Source of the DNA: Candidatus Hydrogenedentota bacterium | GTDB lineage: Bacteria; Hydrogenedentota; Hydrogenedentia; Hydrogenedentales; JAEUWI01 | Assembly (NCBI GenBank): GCA_034669905.1 | Contig: JAXMOL010000030.1 | Coordinates: 1-64,000 of the forward strand | Length of the DNA stretch: 64,000 nucleotides | Reading direction: 5' to 3' | Shown here: in pieces, positions 57,705 to 64,000 of the stretch | Position numbering within the stretch: position 1 is the first letter of the stretch | Layout: each line of letters starts with the position of its first letter | Made by a program: the position numbers and the translations under genes | Notes under the pieces: generated by a model | What the model saw: the letters and a program-made list of their open reading frames with translations, nothing else | Told to the model about the DNA's origin: nothing | Database searches by the model: none

Positions 57705-58181
57705 ATGGAATTCATTACGATTCCGGAACCCCAGATTATGGAAAGCGAACACAAAACCATTGCCGGGCTCGTTTCGACCTACTTGTTTACCGACTGTGGT
57801 GCCATCCCGGCGCAGTGGGCGCGCTTCAACGCCCTGCGGACGCAGATTCCCCATCAAATCGACGGGGCCACCTATGGGGTCTGTTGCATGGCAGACGCAC
57901 CCGGCACAATGAATTACTACGCGGGAGTTGGCGTGACCAATACCACGGGGCTCCCCGAAGAATTTGAAACGGTGACCCTTCCGGGCGCACGGTATGCGTG
58001 CTTCCGTTGCGACCACCACATCGCGGAGATTCAGCGGGTGATCCACACGGTATGGAATCAATGGCTGCCAGGGTCGGGTTATCGCCCGGGCAACGCGCCG
58101 AGTTTTGAACGTTATACCCAATCCTACGACCCCGAAACGGGCGGAGGCGGTTTTGAAATATGGATCCCTATCGCCTCCTGA
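57705..58181 (+). CDS. GyrI-like effector-binding domain protein
   Basis: IPAQW, YYAGV, YACF, WLP.SGY, FERY, EIWIP motifs. Confidence 0.88.
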   Translation: MEFITIPEPQIMESEHKTIAGLVSTYLFTDCGAIPAQWARFNALRTQIPHQIDGATYGVCCMADAPGTMNYYAGVGVTNTTGLPEEFETVTLPGARYACFRCDHHIAEIQRVIHTVWNQWLPGSGYRPGNAPSFERYTQSYDPETGGGGFEIWIPIAS

Positions 58182-58213
58182 ATGCTCACCCCCACGTGCA
58201 GAAAGCCTAACCC

Positions 58214-59395
58214 ATGAATACCATGCATCGCGACGACTGGCAAACGGCCCTTGGCCGACACATCGAAAACGGAAGCCTGCCGGGTCTGGTTGCCCTGCGC
58301 GCCCAGGGAAAGCAGATCGAGGTCTATACGGCGGGCGCCCTGTCCCTTACGGACCCCACCCCCATGGCCCGGGATACGCTATTCCGTATCGCCTCCATGA
58401 CCAAACCGATCGCCGCCGCCGCGGCTATGATGCTCGTGGATGAGGGCGCCCTCTCGCTGGATGACCCGGTCGACCATTGGCTCCCCGAGTTGGCCGACCG
58501 GAGGGTCTTACGTGCCCTCGATGGCCCGTTGGACGAGACGGTTCCCGCCCATCGCCCTTTGACTGCCCGGGATCTGCTGACGATGCGTATGGGATTGGGT
58601 TATATCCTGGCCCGTTCCGATGACTACCCCATCCAGCACGCCATCAAGGACCTGAACATCCTCCAGGGCATGCCCCGACTTCAGGAATGGCCCGACCCGG
58701 ACACGTGGATCGCAGGCGTTGGCACGTTGCCGCTCATGGCCCAACCCGGGGAGCGCTGGATGTATGATCTGTCTCTCGAGGTCCTGAGCGTGCTGATTGG
58801 CCGTGTGAGTGGCCACGCATTGGGCGACTTCCTGGAACAGCGCCTCTTCGGCCCCCTGGGAATGAAGGATACGGGCTTCTACGTGCCCCCGGACAAGCTA
58901 TCCCGGCTCGCCACCGCCTATGAAGGCGCCCCTTCGGGTGAAGGCCTCCAGGTCTACGACACACCGGAGGACGGCGGTTGGTCCCGCATGCCGCGCTTTC
59001 ACTCTGCGGCTGCAGGCCTTGTATCTACCGCCGACGACTACCGGGCCTTTCTCCAACTTCTCTTAGACAACGGAGTCGCCGAAGGCACCCGTCTCCTTTC
59101 CGAGGAATCGGTGACCCTCATGCGCCAGGACCACCTCACCGAGGCACAGCGAAAGGCCAACCAGCTATTTCTCGGTGCCCACAGTGGTTGGGGCTTTGGC
59201 CTCGCCGTCAATCGGGAAGTCGGCCCGACCGGAGAGCGGCCAGGAAGATTCGGGTGGACCGGCGGCATCGGCACGACCGCCTTTGCCGACCCCGACGGGA
59301 AGCGCATCGGAATTCTGCTGACCCAACGCCTCCTCGACACGCCCCGGCCTCCGGAAGTTTTTGATGATTTCTGGAAAGGCTTCTACGACACCTGA
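58214..59395 (+). CDS. Beta-lactamase-family serine hydrolase/esterase
   Basis: FRIASMTK, QPGERWMY, PLGMKDTGF, GWTG motifs. Confidence 0.92.
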   Translation: MNTMHRDDWQTALGRHIENGSLPGLVALRAQGKQIEVYTAGALSLTDPTPMARDTLFRIASMTKPIAAAAAMMLVDEGALSLDDPVDHWLPELADRRVLRALDGPLDETVPAHRPLTARDLLTMRMGLGYILARSDDYPIQHAIKDLNILQGMPRLQEWPDPDTWIAGVGTLPLMAQPGERWMYDLSLEVLSVLIGRVSGHALGDFLEQRLFGPLGMKDTGFYVPPDKLSRLATAYEGAPSGEGLQVYDTPEDGGWSRMPRFHSAAAGLVSTADDYRAFLQLLLDNGVAEGTRLLSEESVTLMRQDHLTEAQRKANQLFLGAHSGWGFGLAVNREVGPTGERPGRFGWTGGIGTTAFADPDGKRIGILLTQRLLDTPRPPEVFDDFWKGFYDT

Positions 59396-59454
59396 GTCCC
59401 CTCCACCGAACGGTCTGTTTGGCGCCAAATCGCGCGGGTGACTATAAGCTTGGT

Positions 59455-60816
59455 ATGATGCCCGCGAAAAAACGCAGCCAATCACCGTGTGGAGTATCCC
59501 CCTTGTCCAGTGACCCCGATCCATCTGCTCCCCCGTCTCGCCCCCATGTCCTCATTATTGGCGGTGGCTTCGCGGGGCTGTCCTGTGCCCTGGCCCTGAA
59601 GCACGTACCCGTTCGTGTCACCTTGATCGACCGGCGGAATTTTCATCTCTTTCAACCCCTGTTGTACCAGGTCGCCACCGGTGGCCTGTCCCCCGCCAAC
59701 ATCGCAACGCCACTCCGAAAGGTCTTGAGCCGATACGGAAACACCCGCGTGCTATTGGGCGAAGTGGCGCATATCGACACCACGGCGAAACAGGTCGGTC
59801 TCAATGGCTTCCAACTGGATTATGACTATCTGGTCGTCGCAACGGGTTCGGGCCATCATTATTTCGGGAACGATGAATGGGAAACCCATGCCCCCGGCCT
59901 GAAGACCATAGAAGATGCAACACGGATTCGGCACGAGGTCTTAAAAGCCTTCGAGTTGGCCGAGCGCGAAAACGATCCCGACGTTGTGCAACACTACCTG
60001 ACTTTTGCCATTGTAGGCGCGGGCCCCACCGGGGTGGAGTTGGCCGGTGCCATCAGCGAAATCGCCCGCCACACGCTTCGGCACGAATTCCGTACCATCA
60101 AGCCGGAAGACGCCCGCATTGTCTTGTTGGAACATGCCGATAGAGTCCTGCCCCCCTATCCGCACGCCCTCTCGGACGACGCCCGCAGGATGCTCACCGA
60201 ACTCGGCGTCGAAGTCCAGACCGGCGTCAAGGTCACGGGCATTACGGCGGAGCAGGTGCACGTGGAAACCGCAGACGGCCCCGAAACGATCAACGCAAAA
60301 ACGGTACTCTGGGCAGCCGGTGTGGCCGCATCCCCCCTGGGTAGAATGCTCGTCGAGGGCGCCGATGACGCATTGGCCCACGGAGGCCGGGTCCGGGTCA
60401 ATCAATTTCTCGCGCTGCCCAGGCACCCCGAGGTCTTTGTGGTGGGTGACCTCGCCTTCGCCCTGGATGCCGACGAAGCGCCCCTGCCCGGTGTCGCCCC
60501 GGTAGCCGCCCAGCAGGGCAAGTATGTGGCCAAACACATTGCCGCACGGCTACGCGGCGAAGCGGTGGAGCCCTTCCACTATTTTGACGCGGGGATGGCC
60601 TCGACCATCGGACGGGGGAAGGCGGTGGCCGTGATTTTCGGACGTCCCCTGCGCGGCGGTGTGGCGTGGCTGGCCTGGCTCTTCATCCATCTCATGAAAC
60701 TGGTGAGCTTTGAAAACCGGGTCCTCGTCTTCATGCAGTGGGCCTGGAATTACACCACCCGCAACCGCAGTGCCCGGCTCATTACGGGCGAGGAACACGA
60801 CAGCAACGACCGCTGA
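59455..60816 (+). CDS. ndh: Type II NADH dehydrogenase
   Basis: IIGGGFAG, FQPLLYQVATG, VGAGPTGVELAG, WAAGV, VGD motifs; start uncertain. Confidence 0.9.
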   Translation: MMPAKKRSQSPCGVSPLSSDPDPSAPPSRPHVLIIGGGFAGLSCALALKHVPVRVTLIDRRNFHLFQPLLYQVATGGLSPANIATPLRKVLSRYGNTRVLLGEVAHIDTTAKQVGLNGFQLDYDYLVVATGSGHHYFGNDEWETHAPGLKTIEDATRIRHEVLKAFELAERENDPDVVQHYLTFAIVGAGPTGVELAGAISEIARHTLRHEFRTIKPEDARIVLLEHADRVLPPYPHALSDDARRMLTELGVEVQTGVKVTGITAEQVHVETADGPETINAKTVLWAAGVAASPLGRMLVEGADDALAHGGRVRVNQFLALPRHPEVFVVGDLAFALDADEAPLPGVAPVAAQQGKYVAKHIAARLRGEAVEPFHYFDAGMASTIGRGKAVAVIFGRPLRGGVAWLAWLFIHLMKLVSFENRVLVFMQWAWNYTTRNRSARLITGEEHDSNDR

Positions 60817-60837
60817 ACATCCGGTCTCCAGGTGGAC

Positions 60838-61134
60838 TCAATTCGGGCAGAAGCGGTGATAGCGCCCACGTATAAACATGGTAAACATACGTGGCACGTA
60901 GGGGTGTTTCACCTCTTCCCCACTCGGATCGAGTTCCAGGTTTTCCTCCGCCACATAGGTCTCGGCCCCCCCATGGACCAGCACGTGATACCACGGCTGT
61001 TCCCGATCGGGCTGGGTGCGGTTTCTCAGGTACCACTCATCGGGCGCACTGCACCCATCGTCCGCCTGGGCAATCACACCCCGGTAATCGTAGCGCTTGT
61101 GATGAACCACTTCGCCCACTTGAAACTGAGCCAT
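60838..61134 (-). CDS. hspQ: Heat shock protein HspQ (YccV-like)
   Basis: FQVGEVVHHKRYDYRGVI, QPWYHVLV, TYVAEENL motifs. Confidence 0.9.
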   Translation of the reverse strand: MAQFQVGEVVHHKRYDYRGVIAQADDGCSAPDEWYLRNRTQPDREQPWYHVLVHGGAETYVAEENLELDPSGEEVKHPYVPRMFTMFIRGRYHRFCPN

Positions 61135-61644
61135 GGCACAACTCCTTCGCCTGCTCGGCTTTCCCAAGGCACCGGCCCCGAGCAATGCGCCCGCCGGGGT
61201 CTCTTACCCGGGGGAATTAAGGAACCGCTGCCTGGGTTCCGCCCACCGGAATGCCTCGTCTTTCCTTATTGTACCCCGAAGTCTGCAATACGTTTCCATT
61301 CCCGCTCCTGCCCCCCCTGTCCTCACCGCACGGGTTTATTCGTTGTTTGAGTAGGACCACGGGGTCGGCCCCCAATCACCCGAAGCTAAACCGTTGCCAT
61401 CGTGCCACTTAGGAATACAGTAACGACAGGACATCCCGTCGGTAAGCTCCGACAAGAAAACGAAAGATTCATCTTGGTACACCCGGAAGACCGTGCTATT
61501 CTGGGACTGGCGCCGATTAGTCTGGTTTGGTCGCCAGCAGCGTAGTCAGAACCCAACGAAGCACCCGGAACGGCCCTACCTTACGGGGAGTATGGTTGGA
61601 CACGTCCGGCACAACGGCCACTTGGCCATCGCAGGAGCAATAGT

Positions 61645-62193
61645 ATGATCAAGAAACTGGCAGCAGGTCTTGGCGCATTGGTGATCATTCTGGTGATCGT
61701 AATCGCACTTCAACCCCCATCGTTCCAGGTGGAGCGGAGCATCCAGATCGCCGCACCGCCCACAACACCTTTTTCCCTGATAAACAATTTTCACCATTGG
61801 GAGCAGTGGTCTCCCTGGGCCAAGTTGGACCCCGCCATGGAAACCACCTACGAAGGCCCTGAGTCGGGCGTGGGCGCAGTTTATCGGTGGAGCGGAAACG
61901 GTGATGTGGGCGAAGGCCAAATGACCATCACCGAAAGCACCCCGGGCGAGAAAATCGTCCTTTCCCTCGAATTTAAGAAACCCTTTGAAGCCCAGAATAC
62001 CACCGTATTTCTCTTCGTGGCCGACGGAAACACCACAACCCTGGTATGGCGCATGGAAGGCACCAATAACTTCATCGGGAAAGCCATGGGGCTTGTGATG
62101 AATATGGACGCCATGATTGGCGAGAGCTTTGAGCAGGGACTCGCCGAACTCAAGGTCATCTCCGAGACCACCAACCCAACGCCGGCCGAATAG
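61645..62193 (+). CDS. SRPBCC/polyketide-cyclase-family protein
   Basis: VERSI.I.A, W..WSPW..LDP, GVGA.Y.W.GN motifs. Confidence 0.9.
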   Translation: MIKKLAAGLGALVIILVIVIALQPPSFQVERSIQIAAPPTTPFSLINNFHHWEQWSPWAKLDPAMETTYEGPESGVGAVYRWSGNGDVGEGQMTITESTPGEKIVLSLEFKKPFEAQNTTVFLFVADGNTTTLVWRMEGTNNFIGKAMGLVMNMDAMIGESFEQGLAELKVISETTNPTPAE

Positions 62194-62223
62194 CCGAACA
62201 CACCGCAAGGGAGCGAAATCACC

Positions 62224-62649
62224 ATGCCGGACTCCACCCCAGACACACCAGGAAACAGCAAGATGCAATGGGCGGGCTATCTGCTCAGCGCCATTCCGGT
62301 GCTTATGTTACTCATGAGTGCCATCATGAAGATATCCAAGAATGCCATGGTCATGGAGGGCATGCCCCAAATGGGCTACCCCGTCGCGCTGGCCGTTCCC
62401 ATTGGTGTCGTCGAATTGCTCTGCACCATCCTCTACCTCGTCCCCCGCACCTCGGTACTGGGAGCCATCCTCCTTACCGGCTATCTCGGTGGTGCAACCG
62501 CCACCCACGTGCGCATCCAAGAACCCTTCGTGGGCCCGGTAATCTTCGGAATTCTACTCTGGGGCGGCCTGTTCTTGCGGGACGCACACATTCGCGCCCT
62601 GATCCCCTTCCGCAAACCCCAACCCACGAATAGCACGGAGAAAAACTAA
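62224..62649 (+). CDS. DoxX-like membrane protein
   Basis: PRTSVLGAILLTGYLGGA.ATH motif. Confidence 0.88.
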   Translation: MPDSTPDTPGNSKMQWAGYLLSAIPVLMLLMSAIMKISKNAMVMEGMPQMGYPVALAVPIGVVELLCTILYLVPRTSVLGAILLTGYLGGATATHVRIQEPFVGPVIFGILLWGGLFLRDAHIRALIPFRKPQPTNSTEKN

Positions 62650-62654
62650 TCCCC

Positions 62655-63113
62655 ATGGCACCCTATGAACTGGCTATTACCCGACTCATCGACGCCCCAA
62701 GGGAGCGTATCTTTGCCGCCTGGACCGACCCGGAGCAGTTGAAACAATGGTTTGCCCCGCAACCGATCACCACCCCGGAGTGTGAAATGGACCCACGGCC
62801 CGGAGGTATCTTTCGTACCCTCATGCGCGGTGAGGATGGCACCGAATACCCGGGCACCGGCGTCTTCCTGGAAGTGGTGGCACCGGAACGGATCGTATTT
62901 ACAGACGCCTTTCTCCCGGGCTGGATCCCGGCAGAAAAGCCCTTCATGACCGCCATCATCACGATGGAAGAGGAGGAAGGAAAAACCCGCTACACCGCGC
63001 GGGTCCGCCATTGGAACGAAGAGGATCTCAAGCAACACGAAGCCATGAATTTTCATGAAGGATGGGGAACGTGCATCGACCAGCTGGTAACCCTGGTTGC
63101 GCGCCCTGACTAA
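62655..63113 (+). CDS. SRPBCC/AHSA1-family protein
   Basis: R.IDAPRE.IF.AWTDPE.LKQWF.P, GW..CIDQL motifs. Confidence 0.9.
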   Translation: MAPYELAITRLIDAPRERIFAAWTDPEQLKQWFAPQPITTPECEMDPRPGGIFRTLMRGEDGTEYPGTGVFLEVVAPERIVFTDAFLPGWIPAEKPFMTAIITMEEEEGKTRYTARVRHWNEEDLKQHEAMNFHEGWGTCIDQLVTLVARPD

Positions 63114-63152
63114 CACTCGCCGACGTACTATCTCCTGGAAAGGAACTGCCCC

Positions 63153-63572
63153 ATGAAAGTCGAAGCCTATTTGTTTTTTAACGGTCGTTGTGAAGAGGCC
63201 ATTGCCTTTTACAAGACCGCGATCGATGCCCAGGTGGCCATGCTCATGCGATTCAACGAAATGCCAGAACCCCGGGAAGAAGGCGCGATTCCACCAGGCA
63301 TGGATGACAAGATCATGCACGCCACCCTGCGTATCGGTGAAACGATGATGATGGCTTCGGATGGCTATTGTCAGGAAACGGCCAAATTCGATGGGTTTTC
63401 GCTTCATATTGAGGCCGCCACCAAAGAAGAGGCCGAACGGCTGTTCAACGGCCTGGGTGACGGGGGCACCGTCACGATGCCCCTGGAGGAGACTTTCTGG
63501 TCCCCCTACTTTGGCATGGTGACCGACAAATTTGGCGTGAACTGGATGGTTGATGTCGCTCAGCCGGTCTAG
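63153..63572 (+). CDS. VOC/PhnB-family protein
   Basis: YLFFNGRCEEA..FY, IMHA, ETFWSP.FGM.TDKFG..WM motifs. Confidence 0.92.
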   Translation: MKVEAYLFFNGRCEEAIAFYKTAIDAQVAMLMRFNEMPEPREEGAIPPGMDDKIMHATLRIGETMMMASDGYCQETAKFDGFSLHIEAATKEEAERLFNGLGDGGTVTMPLEETFWSPYFGMVTDKFGVNWMVDVAQPV

Positions 63573-63750
63573 AAACATTTGGCGACTCGGTTCGGGCGGG
63601 CACGTGATTTACTCCGTGCCCGCTCCGTTTGCTCAAGGTTCATGGAGCACAGGTCTTGAGTGGTCCTGCCTGTACGGGGCACAATAGGGCGAGTACGATT
63701 TTTCGGGGCTGATCGCTGCCCCCACAACCCCAATCACCTCGGAGATACCC

Positions 63751-64000
63751 ATGAACAAGACCCTCCTGATACGCCTCTTTCAACCCACTCCCCAGAATAA
63801 CGCCGCCTCTACCGCCCTGCTCCTGCTTCGCCTCGTTGCGGGACTCGCCTTCGTCTACCACGGCTGGGGAAAAATTCAGGCGCCCTTCAGCTGGATGGGA
63901 CCCGACGCATCGGTGCCCGGCATCTTCCAGTTTCTCGCGGCCCTGTCTGAATTTGGTGGAGGAATCGCCTGGATGGTTGGCCTGGTGACGCCTCTGGCCA
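63751..64000 (+). CDS. DoxX-family membrane protein (truncated by window end)
   Basis: Read manually from ATG 63751: ...LLLLRLVAGLAFVYHGWGKI...LSEFGGG. Confidence 0.8.
   Translation, partial: MNKTLLIRLFQPTPQNNAASTALLLLRLVAGLAFVYHGWGKIQAPFSWMGPDASVPGIFQFLAALSEFGGGIAWMVGLVTPLA

Noticed and set aside
58214..59395. Antibiotic-resistance beta-lactamase
   Set aside because: No signal peptide; motifs fit the broad esterase/serine-hydrolase family
61400..61640. Riboswitch upstream of the SRPBCC/DoxX cluster
   Set aside because: No recognisable aptamer consensus or clear expression platform

Overview
GC-rich bacterial chromosome segment. The (GE)n-linker exported protein and the prepilin-type/H-X9-DG protein are suggestive of Ca. 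Hydrogenedentes or a PVC-like lineage; this is inference only. Most of the window is ordinary: sulfatases, rhamnulokinase, a FadF-like/ETF/MaoC cluster, peptidases, aroB, tRNA-Gln-prs-rplY-pth, ilvN, accD-folC, an antiporter, NDH-2 and an SRPBCC/DoxX/VOC cluster, with several REP-like palindromic repeat families between genes. The standout is a ~10.1 kb element integrated in the 3' end of tRNA-Pro(TGG), bounded by a 54-bp direct repeat (27249-27302 / 37354-37407). It carries 12 co-oriented, apparently intact ORFs, including a tyrosine integrase, regulators, a prohead protease/scaffold, a DUF2190-like decoration protein, a Mu-gpT-like major capsid protein, an excisionase-like HTH, a tail tape-measure protein and a replication initiator. 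No portal, terminase or other tail gene is recognisable. It looks like a phage satellite with its own capsid and tape measure, and it has candidate cos-like, ori, operator, antisense-RNA and integrase arm sites. All protein family calls are by eye from motifs; no database searches were run.
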